64,000 bases of DNA, from the NCBI GenBank assembly GCA_951406725.2, contig OX597817.1, positions 156,984,001 to 157,048,000 of the forward strand, written 5' to 3'. This stretch comes from Octopus vulgaris (taxonomy: Eukaryota). Below the pieces are notes generated by a model, which was not told the DNA's origin, ran no database searches, and was given only the letters and a program-made list of their open reading frames with translations. Shown here in pieces: positions 1 through 11,030 of this stretch (positions are counted from its first letter, which is position 1; each line of letters opens with the position of its first letter). Both the position numbers and the translations under genes were made by a program.

Positions 1-330
1 CTGGTATCGTGCAAATATAAACACCCGTGTTGTTGTCATAATTGTCACCTGAATCAATAAGGACCAAGTTAAAAGGAACAATAACCTCTTCTGCTGGACC
101 AAAATGTTTGGTGAGTATGGTCGACATAGCTGCTTGTGATTGAGGTCGACCTGACATACCTCTTTCACCTTTCTCTCCTTTCAGTCCTTGTTTTCCAGTT
201 TTCCCTGCTGCACCTTTCATTCCAGGATGGCCTCTGTCTCCTTCACTACCTTTGGGGCCCATAGGCCCTGGTCTACCTGGCTCTCCTTTTCTACCAGGAA
301 CACCTGGAGATCCTTTAGGACCTGGAGGAC
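1..330 (-). CDS. Collagen + C1q domain protein, exon with 21 Gly-X-Y triplets and start of the gC1q domain (continues beyond the left edge)
   Basis: Acceptor ttattcag| at 333-331. Translation (G)[62 protein letters not shown] followed by [47 protein letters not shown], which matches the gC1q motif F..V..N.G..YD..TG.F.C..PG. Confidence 0.9.
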
Positions 331-431
331 CTGAATAATAAAAATAAATCTATTAATACTTTAGAAAATTTAACTCAGACATCTCACGTGTTTTCAAAAC
401 ATAGATGTTGCTTTTTGTCAAAACATAAAGA

Positions 432-597
432 TATAATGTAACACACTCACCAGTAAAATTTCCACTTATTTCTTATTTTTATTTTCGTAAAATTTTCATC
501 AAGACTATTGAAAAGGTTGCAAGACGCAACGAAAATTTTAGGAAAATAAAAATAAGAAATAAGTGGAAATTTTAACCAGTGAGTGTGTTACATTATA
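432..597. repeat. MITE-like inverted repeat (about 55-bp arms)
   Basis: tataatgtaacacactcac…tttccacttatttcttatttttattttc (432-486) is the near reverse complement of 542-597. Confidence 0.7.
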
Positions 598-1327
598 AGG
601 CACAAACAGAAAATGACTTTCCCCAGACACAACAGTATATGCTTCAACACACGAACTTATATAAAGAATCTTGCAAACCAAATCCCAAAACGAAATATAA
701 AGATATAATTTCATAGGATACTTTGAATATACACACATGTGATTCCAGAGAAGTAGTTATGTCTCAGTTCTCTGCTTTTCTATGTTAAGATGCTTTTCTT
801 GTGCCACCAGCACTTGTAAAGTCACCAAGTAACTTGCAAGACAGGAGAAGAACTAGAAAAAGAAAAAGTCCCCTTAGCTAAGAGGGAGATAGCTTTTATA
901 CCAAGTGTAGGGAAGTTAAATTATGACAGAGGAACAAATGCAGATGTCTTGCTATAAAGAAGATACATGGCTACCCCACATTATATAAAGGTGGGTGTGT
1001 ATAGCTGAGGAGAAGATAAGCTGGTAGTGATGGGGGTGCCTAGACTAACCCTCAAGGAACTAGGAGATGAGCATAAGAGAGGATATGGATAATGGATCAA
1101 AAGGGGTGGGATTATAAGAATGTGAGGAGAGGATAACAAATGGTTAGAGATGGAGGTAGAGGTGAATGTAGTGAGTGGGGAACAGATGTGGAGGTGTGGT
1201 TTGATGGGAAATATCAGTATAGGCTAAGGGGAAGAGAGTACAATTTCAAATGTAGATGTTGATTCAGTTTTATGCTTTGACATTTAACATGAAAGTTTAG
1301 CTTGACGAACTAAACTTTATGTATAAA

Positions 1328-2299
1328 CTAGCAGTATCGCTCGGGTTTGTAAGGGAAATAACTATATAAGCATTTTTAGAGAGTTATGGCCCAAAAATGC
1401 ATTAAAAATGGAAAAAAAAATTATGGTAAATTTTTTTAAAATCGTTGACTCATCGTAGACATTTTTAGAGAGTTACTTCCCTTATATAATAGCGAAAAAA
1501 TGCATTAAAATGGAAAAAAGTGATGGTAATTTTTTTTTTAAATCGTAGAGGGTGTCTTGGCATCACTCAGCAGGTCTTTTGTTAGCCGCTCTCCAGCCAT
1601 CTATTTAAAACTGTATACAGCTATGGTACGACCACACTTGGAATTCGCATCATCAGTTTGGAACCCCTATCTTGCACAGAACATTGACCTCCTGGAATCT
1701 GTCCAGAGACGTGCAACCAAACGCATACCCTCCATCAGACACCTACCATATTCTGAGCGCCTTGTTTCCCTGGGCATGGATTCACTGAAGCTCCGGCGTT
1801 TGGCGACGGACTTGGTAAACACCCACAAAGTTATCAACCACCTCACCAACAACAACACTGAACACCTTTTTGATCTCCATGTGTCTAACACACGTGGACA
1901 TGCCTACAAAGTCAGAAAACAATACAGCTCCCATGACTTTCGGAAACATTTTTTCACGCTCAGAGTTGCTGAAGCATGGAATAAACTGCCTGCGTCAGTT
2001 GTTGACTGCCATGACACTGCATCTTTTAAGGCCCTCATGCTTTCCGAAATCCGCCGAAACTTCACCTGATTATATATACACTTTAGATGAGTTGTAGTGC
2101 ACCTGAGCACTGTACACAATTATTATTATTATTATTATTATAGACTCATTGTAGACGCGTGCTAATACCCAGAAAGGCTCGATATGAATCACGACTATAA
2201 GATACCCGGTTTTGGTTACACTGCACCGCAAAATGTGGGAGTAGTTAGGAATCTAAATCGTAGGAGACAGACACACAACTTCTCTTTTATATATAAAGA
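1328..2299 (-). mobile_element. Non-autonomous Helitron interrupted by a CR1 LINE fragment
   Basis: On the - strand it begins TCTTTATATATAAAAG and ends …CTGCTAG, inserted between A and T. It has internal tandem subrepeats at 1370-1550. Confidence 0.65.
1550..2140 (+). mobile_element. CR1-clade LINE, 5'-truncated (ORF2 C-terminus, 3' UTR, (ATT)n tail)
   Basis: ORF 1557-2069 LYTAMVRPHLEFASSVWNPY…LESVQRRATK…TRGH…FFTLRV..AWNKLP is typical of the CR1/L2 RT C-terminus. (ATT)n tail and short TSD 'taga'. Confidence 0.9.
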
Positions 2300-2861
2300 T
2301 GTCTCATCTGACTGTCACACTCCAAAATTTCCTCTGTGAAAGCTACCATCTACTGGTACATTTTTATTCACTCTAATCATGTGCATATGGTCTAAACACT
2401 CATGCCTCTTCTTCTGGTGCAGGCAATGTGTCTAATATTAAAATTACAAATAATAAATACTTCTTACAAAGTTTGTTCTCTCTTGTTGCTGAAAATATTT
2501 AAATACGTAATGAGGGTCATAATTATCGAAATGAACGAATTCGTGTGTAAGTGCAAGAGAGCATGTACCTATGAAGTGTGTGTGTGTGTGTGTGTGTGAG
2601 TGAGAGAGAGAGAGAGAGAATGTATATCTATGTAGTCATGAAATTGAGTGTGCATGCACCTAATGTTATCTCAATAAAACAAATGACAAGGGAGATAACT
2701 CCTTGTCTAACACTCCAGAACAACATGCATACACACTAAATCTCTCTTATATATAAAGCTGAAGCTGTCTGTGTGTGGCAGTTTTGGTAGCCTTCAACTA
2801 ACACTATCTCCTCCGAGACCCTGTGGCGCAAGTTGACCAAAATTGAGAGTATGATAGAAGA

Positions 2862-3215
2862 AACTCCACCCATCTAACACTCGTGGACATATTTACAAAG
2901 TAAGAAAACAACACAGCTCCCATGACTTCAGGAAACATTTTTTCACGCTGAGAGTTGCTGAAGCATGGAACAAACTGCCGGCATCAGTTGTTAGTTGTCG
3001 GAGCACTGCATCCTTCAAAACTTCCATGCTTCCTGAGATTCGCCAACACTACACCTAATTTTCTCCCCTCCATACACACACAAGCATGTATCTGACTCAT
3101 ACATTGTTCGCTTTCCAGACATTTCTACATTACTGCATATACTTTATATGCACTTTCTGACAAGTTGTGGTGCACCTGAGCACTGTATACAATAATTTCA
3201 TTATTATATTATATT
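2862..3215 (+). mobile_element. CR1 LINE 3' fragment inside a Helitron-like 5' end (starts about 2742)
   Basis: Same 3' sequence as 1880-2140, ending gtgcacctgagcactgtatacaataat(tat)n. Confidence 0.8.
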
Positions 3216-3321
3216 ATAAGAAGGCTTGCTCTTCCTTCCATAGAAGAAAAAATTCTGGTTCATCTGTATAATTTTTGCAGCCTGACATAAAATAAAATCG
3301 ACAGCAATGAAGTTGACTTAC

Positions 3322-3991
3322 CACTCGCAGCTGTTGCAGAAGCCACATTCACTGTCAGATTCATCGGGGTTGATGTGTTCGGCTGACACATCTCTGCTGC
3401 ATATTTAGACACTGGAGGTGCAGTCGGAGATAGTGCTGTATCTGTTGCTGATGGAAGCTTTATTTTATAGCTGGTTGTCTCAACAATAATGCTCAAATTA
3501 TTTGGCATTGCATTCAAGCTGTCCATTACAATCTCTTCATTTCTTGCTTTGGGTAGATGTGTGTTCCTTGTATTGTGCTGTCTTAGAATCTTGTTCAAAC
3601 TGTCCTTCTCAGTAAATGGCAAATTTTGAGCCCTGTTAGTTGTATCTAATGTCTCTCTGTTTTTAATTCTGATATTTGAAGTAGAATAATTTACTTCGTT
3701 ATCTTTATCCTGATAAGGGAGTTCCATTTTTGTCAATGAAATATTTTCCTTAGTATCTGTTTGGTTGAAGTAAAAGCTCATTCCAGCAGTTCTGTTCTTG
3801 GTTTCTACGGTGTTGTTTGTAGAGTTTGTAAAGGTACTTTTCTCAAAGACAATACCAGCTGCTGGCTGAAGACTAGACAACAATAGCAAGGAATTCAAGA
3901 TAATTAAATATCCAGTCGAGTGTAGATGACCGCAATTTAGAGAGACATAAGTTGTTACCTGAACTGGCATCTTCATCAGGTACATTTTCAT
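3322..3991 (-). CDS. Collagen + C1q protein, N-terminal coding exon (signal-peptide-like segment plus Thr/Asn/Ser-rich spacer)
   Basis: 243-aa ORF with hydrophobic stretch YLIILNSLLLLSSLQPAAG. Acceptor tttcag| before 3998 and donor G|GTAAGT after 3322. The phase-1 donor matches the phase-1 acceptor of the collagen exon (…[12 protein letters not shown]). Confidence 0.75.
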
Positions 3992-4135
3992 CCACTTCCT
4001 GAAAGATGAATAATTTCATTAACTCTAACAATGATAATTGTTATCATATATGGATCAATCAATATGTTTATCATATAATGTCTGCTGTTGAAGTGCAAAT
4101 GTGGTAGGAAGTTTACTTTTCAACCACATGGCTTT

Positions 4136-4172
<37 letters not shown>

Positions 4173-4269
4173 GGCCTTCTTGTCTGGACATTGCCTAAGA
4201 GTTGTAAATAAGTGTCATGTCCAGTCTTTCATGAAAATATCTCTGGTCATGGGAAATATTACCTTTCTT

Positions 4270-4485
4270 GCCAGTACCGCCTGACTGGCCATCGTACCAG
4301 TGGCACGTAAAAGCATCCGCTACACTCTTGGAGTGGTTAGCGTTAGGAAGGGCATCCACCTGTAGAAACTCTGCCAGATCAGATTGGAGTCTGATGCAGC
4401 CATCTGGTTCGCCAGTCCTCAGTCAAATCGTCCAACCCATGCTAGCATGGAAAGCGGACGTTAAACAATGATGATGATGATGACA
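4270..4485 (+). mobile_element. Abundant SINE-like family with (GAT)n tail
   Basis: Core GGAGTGGTTGGCGTTAGGAAGGGCATCCAGCTGTAGAAAC…CCCATGCTAGCATGGAAAGCGGACGTTAAAC(GAT)n. Other copies at approximately 12537-12990(-), 17275-17525(+), 18170-18640(-), 26925-27250(-), 28245-28545(+), 30700-31030(-), 33408-33540(+), 34185-34430(-), 54420-54870(-), 57296-57580(-), 59762-60200(-), 63575-63896(+). Many carry a variable internal GTGCCACCGGCAC minisatellite. Confidence 0.75.
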
Positions 4486-4654
4486 ATAATGTTGATGATC
4501 CTGTGCAGTCACTGTCTTGTATGATAAAAAGGAAGAATCTATGATAGAATTTGTTTTCTCTACACTTTTTATCCTCTTGACTTTTATAATCAGAGAGACA
4601 CCATAGTGTTTATTTTGCTATGTTCAGTAAATTGCCATTGTAAAATCATAACCA

Positions 4655-5035
4655 AAGCACCTTTTTGAGCTCCATGTGTCTAACACATGGGGGCATGCCT
4701 ACAAAGTCAGAAAACAGCACAGCTCCCATTACTTTCAGAAATATTTTTCCCACATTCAAAGTTGCTGAGGCATGGAACAAACTACCTGCATCAGTTGTTA
4801 ATTACTGGGACATTGCATCCTTTAAAACCTCCATGCTTCCTGAAATTTGCCAACACTACACCTGATATCCCCTCTCCATACGCATGCACACATATACATC
4901 ATGACTCATACACTGTTCACTTTCCTGACTTTTGTAAATAATTCTATGTACTGTGCATGCACCTTTGATGAGTTGTAGTGCACCTGAGCACTATACACAA
5001 TAATTTCATCATCATCATCATCATCATCATTATTA

Positions 5036-5072
<37 letters not shown>
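4655..5072 (+). mobile_element. CR1 LINE 3' fragment
   Basis: Homologous to 1860-2140, with (CAT)n/(ATT)n tail. Confidence 0.8.
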
Positions 5073-5073
<1 letters not shown>

Positions 5074-6138
5074 TTTTTTTTTTTTTAAAAAATAAATTTA
5101 ACCTGCATTCACCCTGGTTTATGATTCTTGCTAGACTGTATTTGAAATATGATGGTATTATCTTCAGCTTAAAGTGACTGCCTTGTTATCTTAATAAGTT
5201 CAAAAAGTGTGTGTGTGCATGTGAGAAAGAGAGAGAAAGAGAAAGAGAGAGCAATGTATGTATGCTGCAGTGCATTGTATAAAAAATCTCTTGAGTTATT
5301 ACCTGATGAGTGGGTGAGAAATTTTCCCTGCCATATAAGTCCAGAGATGAATTAACAATCGTCACTTTGTGCACCTATATCCAGTTCTGATACTTGGCAG
5401 GGCAATTCTCACCATTTATATGCGACAGATCACTCCTTTTTTTTTTTTTTTTAAAGTGAAAAAAAGAAAAAAGAAAATGTAAAAGACAAAAGGCTGGATA
5501 TATCACCAATATATTCCATGGAAATTGAAACAAATAGAGACATTTGTTTGAATGTGGAGTAAATAGACGTGTTTTTATTTATTTTTTTTTTGCGTGGGGA
5601 AGGAGAGAAACTGATGTAAATAAAAGTATTTATTCATTTTAAGTTCACTTCCCTTGCTTGTCCTTGTACTGGGCAATGATCTGGTCTGTTAGTTTTGGGT
5701 TATTTATTTTATATTCCAAACTGAACGTTGTCGGTTGAGCAAAGCCTCTGGAGCCATCGTGTAAAAGTGAGACAGGGCAAAAAATAAATAATAATAAATA
5801 AATGAAATAAAAACCTTCCCCACTACTGCTACCATCACCACCATTGATGGTTGGTGAATGGTAGGGGAGAGAGAAAGTGAGGGAGTTATACATAGGGTCT
5901 ATTGTTTGAAAGACAAAATCTTACTCAATGTCTTGTTTCATTTGGAAAGGAAAATAACGCTAACCAAACATGCTTGGAGTTTTTTGAATTCTCATCTTCT
6001 TAGTATCACAACAGTTGTGTTAAACATGAAGCATAAGGAAGAGAGGAGGGTTGAGGAACGAGAGATAGTCTTAAGACTTTAAAATTTTTATTTGTCTTTT
6101 TTTGTTATTTTTATTACTTCTTGTGCATACATGCGCAT

Positions 6139-6180
<42 letters not shown>

Positions 6181-6471
6181 TTATGATTTGTTTTATTTAT
6201 TTTCTCTGTTTTCTTATGGAAAACAATATTGTGTAGTGTTATACTTTGTCAGATTTTTGTTTGTGAAACACTTTATTTTAAAACATTTACTAATGTTTTC
6301 AATTGAGGGAAATATTTCTGATTACTTGTTTTCTTTGATTTTTTTTTTTTTTTTGCTTTGTTAATCTTGATTATTTTTTTTTATTTCATGAAATCTTAGT
6401 GATCAAATATTTTACACTTTTGTCCCTTCTACATCCTTTTTATATCAATGTATGTTGAGTAGTATTTCACT

Positions 6472-6506
<35 letters not shown>

Positions 6507-6688
6507 GTTCCTGGCTTTAAGGGTATTGTGAAAGGCTTCCGAGTTCTTTTACAGGGCTTTAGAAAAGCTAAAGGACCACTATAGTAAGTGTGTGAATATG
6601 AGAGGGGGATATGTTGAATATAATCATAATTAACTGATCCACCTGTATTTTCTTTTACCCAAACGCAGGAACTTTTCAGCACACCCTG

Positions 6689-7070
6689 TTACTCTTTTAC
6701 TTGTTTCAGTCATGTGACTGTGGCTATGCTGGAGCACCGTCTTTAGTCGAGCAAATCGACCCCAGGACTTATTCTTTGTAGGCCTAGTACTTATTCTATC
6801 GGTCTCTTTTGCCGAACCGCTAAGTTATGGGGACGTAAACACACCAGCATCGGTTCTCAAGTGATGTTGGGGGGGACAAACACAGACACACATATATATA
6901 TACATATATATGATGGGCTTCTTTCAGTTTCTGTCTACCAAATCCACTCACAAGGCTTTGGTCGGCCCGAGGCTATAGTAGAAGACACTTGCCCTAGGTG
7001 CCATGCATTGAGACGGAACCCAGAACCATGTGGTTGGTAGACAAGCTACTTACCACATGGCCACTCCTGT
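6689..7070 (-). mobile_element. tRNA-derived SINE family A
   Basis: Head GGCGCAGGAGTGGCTGTGTGGTAAG (A box)…GGTTCAGTCCC (B box), internal microsatellite, tail GAAACAAGTAAAAGAGTA. Other copies at 24743-25115, 25341-25737, 32288-32660, 58468-58828 and 61977-62375 (+), with partial or degenerate copies elsewhere. Confidence 0.85.
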
Positions 7071-7149
7071 GTGTAAAAAAGATGTACAACTGCTACTGTT
7101 GGTTTAGAACTCCATGTAGATTATTGTCATCTAATCTGCTTCCAGTATA

Positions 7150-7353
7150 CAGTAATCCCTTGACTATCGCGGGTGTTAGGTTCCAAAACCTCCCGTGATA
7201 GGTGAAAATCCACAAAGTTGAAACTGTACTGTATATTTTTTTAATTATTTTTATAATTTGTATATATTTATTTTATTATAAATGCAAAACAATACCACAG
7301 AGGAATCGATGTAAGCTTAAATAGGTGAACCGCGATATGGTGAGGGATTACCG
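7150..7353. mobile_element. Tc1/mariner (Tigger/pogo-like) MITE
   Basis: TA|CAGTAATCCCTTGACTATCGCG…CGCGATATGGTGAGGGATTACCG|TA: terminal inverted repeats with TA TSD. Confidence 0.8.
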
Positions 7354-7828
7354 TAGTGGTTTAGTTACTACTGTACTTAGTAATATTAGTTTCAAATTTC
7401 GGCACAAGGCCAGCAATTTTGGGAGAGGTGAAATTGATGAAATCAACCCCAGTGCTATTTTATTGGCCCCAAAAGGACGAAAGGCAAAATCAGCCCTGTA
7501 AAAATGAAGGCAAAGTTGACCCTTGTGATATTTGAACTCAGAATGTAAAAGATGGGACAAAATGCCACAAGGTATTTCGTCCACTGTGCTAAGGATTCTG
7601 CCGGCTCACTGACTCACTGTAGTTTGTAATATTACCAGTTATGATATACAGAGCAAATGTAGGAGCAATTGCGATAAGCACAAGTTTATATTATGTATTC
7701 ACATGTATTTTCCACTGTTGTGGTTGTTTGAAACCTCTGCATTGGATGTTCCAAGTGCAGTTGGCTGCTTTACCACAATCGATCATCAGAGGGCCACTTT
7801 ATTACATTATGTTACTGTGATCTCTCAA

Positions 7829-7870
<42 letters not shown>

Positions 7871-8579
7871 TTTATTTTCTCTTATTCCTTTCTGTTGTAG
7901 AGTTTAGGCTCGGAATGTATAAGACTTTCTCACTTTCCTGAACATCAAACTAATACACCTGTTTGTTGTTCATACACCTGTCTTCATCATTTGTTTTGCT
8001 GTAAATCTCAACTACATATATATATATATATATATATTGTTGAGACCCCCTTCGGTCATGACTGACCGTGGGATTGCACCTAAAAAGTTACCCTCCGAGG
8101 CACAAGTCCGGGCAAGGTTGTTTGTGGAAGACCAGCAGTCGCCCATGCATACCAGCCTCCCCTCTCCACGCCACCCACATCACAGGTGCGACATCACAGG
8201 TACCAAGCTGTATCTGCTCTCTCTCTCTATATATATATATAGTATATATATATATATGCACACACAAACACGCATACATGGGTGGGAGATATATATGTAT
8301 ATTAGTACATAATAACATTATCTTGCACTTTTGTTTTATGTGTATTGGATAGCATCTACATTCCTTCTCCTCTCTATATACATAGTTAAGAAGTCATCAG
8401 CTAAATTGTAACCCCACTGCCCATTGCCCTCACGCACACTCAGTATACTACATTGAGGTGTGTGTAGGACCCAGCAGAATTAAAAATAAAACCTGTCCAA
8501 GGGCAGAAGAGCCTCTCACATAGAAACAAATAAACAACCATATCAGAAGAGATAGACACCACCAGGTGCTCTGCCTATT

Positions 8580-8617
8580 GATACACACATGATGAAAGAG
8601 TGAAACGTAGTTGTATC
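8580..8617 (+). ncRNA. Degenerate minimal type-I hammerhead ribozyme motif
   Basis: gatacacac-aTGATGA-aagagt-GAAACGTA-gttgtatc. Flanks pair as stem I and stem III is the palindrome ACGT, but the core C3 position is altered. Confidence 0.45.
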
Positions 8618-9016
8618 TTATGCTGTATACATAGTAACCCTGGGCACTGGATTTTGAGTGATTGAAACAATATCATTATACATCTTGATACTACCCATCA
8701 CTGATAGCATTGTACTGTGTTTGTAAATTGACAGTAATATACATTATCTTGGCTGTGTATATTTAATGCATTCTACATTCTACAGTTTGCACAGAATATT
8801 TTTCTACACAAGTTTGCAACATATATATATATATATATATATATACAAATTGAGATAGGGGTTGTAAATGCAACCCTCCATGGGATAACATATATCCAAT
8901 ATACTGCTAGTGAAGTACCCAACAAAGTTAATACATAAATGTTAATGATTGCGATGCAATCAATTTATTTACTGTATTATATGGACGAAGGTAAAATGAT
9001 TTACCACAAATTACTA

Positions 9017-9270
9017 ATACAAGATAAGAAAATGGAGAAATACATCTAAATCAAATATCAATTACCAGATAATACTCAATCACATACTTTATTAAACCAC
9101 CACATAAGAGACTTTTTTATGTACATTCCTTTATCTACACTGATTTGTTCTGCTTTTTTATGTTTAACCCTACAGTCTCTTATGTGGTGGTTTAATAAAG
9201 TATGTGATTGAGTATTATCTGGTAATTGATATTTGATTTAGATGTATTTCTCCATTTTCTTATCTTGTAT
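9017..9270. repeat. Perfect 97-bp inverted repeat with 60-nt spacer in a (TA)n-flanked insert
   Basis: 9017-9113 is the reverse complement of 9174-9270. Confidence 0.9.
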
Positions 9271-9477
9271 ATATATATATATTTTATAATTATGAATATA
9301 ATTAGGGTTTGGCAAAAAAATTTTGCTTAACCACATACCGAACTTTAGAAATAGCAGCCAAAGAACCTAGTCATTTCTTCTTCTGTAAAATATTGTTTAA
9401 ATTTACTGTAAATGGTTTTTAACATACGGAATACTACTTGGTGGAATTATTAATTAATTAATTAATTAATTTTACCC

Positions 9478-9533
<56 letters not shown>

Positions 9534-9589
9534 CATCATTATTATCATCATCATCATCATCATCATTATTTATTTATTTATTTATTTAT

Positions 9590-9626
<37 letters not shown>

Positions 9627-9730
9627 GTAGAAAGATGAATAATCTTGTAGTAGATTAATCAAAAGTTTAACCGATACCTTAGTAGCAAAAATCACCTCTG
9701 TTCTGTTTTTGTTTTTCCAACGGATTTCCT

Positions 9731-9823
9731 ATTTTCTTCCTGAAGAGAAAGACACAATATGGTCCCATTATTCCATCGGATTTTGGTAATTTGTGCCTTT
9801 CGAAACACGTGTAGAATGAAATA
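9731..9823 (+). ncRNA. Type-I hammerhead ribozyme (Penelope-like-element type)
   Basis: Stem I …ttcttc / gaa(t)gaa; core CTGAAGA 9740-9746; stem II GAAAGACACAA/TTGTGCCTTTC (10 of 11 pairs, G10.1-C11.1); GAAA 9802-9805; palindromic stem III ACACGTGT; cleavage triplet GTA 9811-9813. Confidence 0.8.
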
Positions 9824-9914
9824 AAACGATTTCTGTTCAATCTGCGTTCAGCTCCATTTCTTCAATTCACCAATAATGTTATATATATATATATATATGT
9901 GCATATATATATGC

Positions 9915-10030
9915 TGGTATTCTACACCATTGTACTCTGTATATTGGCTAGTATTCTACATCATTGTACAGTGTATATTAGTTTGTATTCTTCACCATTG
10001 TACTGTATATATAGTTTAGTACTATAGATC
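9915..10030. repeat. Minisatellite of about 34 bp, roughly 3 copies
   Basis: gtattctacaccattgtactctgtatattggcta repeated with variation. Confidence 0.65.
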
Positions 10031-10566
10031 TTTGTATGGTCTATGTTTGAAAATATTCTATTCCTTTTCTCTGTATATATTTGATAGCATTTCATTAGTT
10101 TTTAAGATAATATATCTTTCCTCTCTCTTAAGATTCACATCTTAAATCAGCTCTATTTCCTTATGTTTAACCCTTTAGCGTTTAAACTGGCCATATCCGG
10201 CCAAAAGTATTCTGCTTATTTTATGTTTAAACTGGCCATATCTGGTCTCTCATACCAGCCCTACAATATCGTTTTAAAAATTAACAGCTACCTCATCAAA
10301 ATCTCATAGCTACAAGATAATGCATGATTAGTTCAAAATAATGTGGATGAAAAAGCATTAATTAATTAATTAATTGCTTTCTTCACTGATGACTTATTGC
10401 ATTTCTGTTTAACATAGCAAAATGGCAGCCACAAACGGAACTATTTTGGAAAATTCTAGCTAATTTTTTTCTTTAATTCTTCTTTTTTTTGTATCAATCT
10501 TTTCTTGAAAAATTAGTTAATTTCTGAATATTAATTAACTTGAGAATCACCTTTCTTACACTTCAG

Positions 10567-10683
10567 ATGGCACTAAGTGCAGCGACTCCAATCTACCGTG
10601 GCTATTTAGCTGACACAGACTGTCGTTGGAGTGTCATTGTTCAGTCAGTTGATGACCGCACCAGAGAAGAACGTGGCTTAGAA
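10567..10683 (+). CDS. GCLC: Glutamate-cysteine ligase catalytic subunit, internal exon (first visible in window)
   Basis: cag|[39 protein letters not shown]|gtaagt. Matches the central part of metazoan GCLC. Confidence 0.95.
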
Positions 10684-11030
10684 GTAAGTCTGTTTTGTCC
10701 AGCCAAGTTATTGAATTGAGTTTTTTTTTGGAAGGAAACATTTCTTGAATGAAATAAGAAGGTTGAGAATCTTTTAGCAATGAAAGTGAATAGTTGTTGA
10801 GTTTTCTCTCTCTCTTATTCTTTTAAACAATCATGTTACCTTGGTAATAAGATAGAAGTGTTAATATTTGTAACTCTCTCTGTCTCTGTAAAACCTGATC
10901 CAACAAACTCAATAGAAAAATTTCTATAAGTTTTGATTAACCTGAATTGTTATTTATTAAATCTAAAAGAATAACCGAGAATGCTGCTACCATTGCTAAC
11001 TCTTCAAATTTCATCTCTTAGTTATTTTAA

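Noticed and set aside
3873-3998. Alternative-frame 41-codon ORF EVDENVPDEDASSGN…FLAIVV* starting at the C1q-gene acceptor
   Set aside because: It could be an overlapping uORF, but I found no upstream exon or start, and an ORF of this length is expected by chance.
5303-5325. Other isolated CTGATGA words (5303, about 26091, 38548, 44422)
   Set aside because: No stem II/GAAA/stem III arrangement follows them.
10567-10569. ATG at the start of the first visible GCLC exon as the true start codon
   Set aside because: It follows a canonical acceptor and corresponds to an internal Met; the N-terminal catalytic half would be missing.
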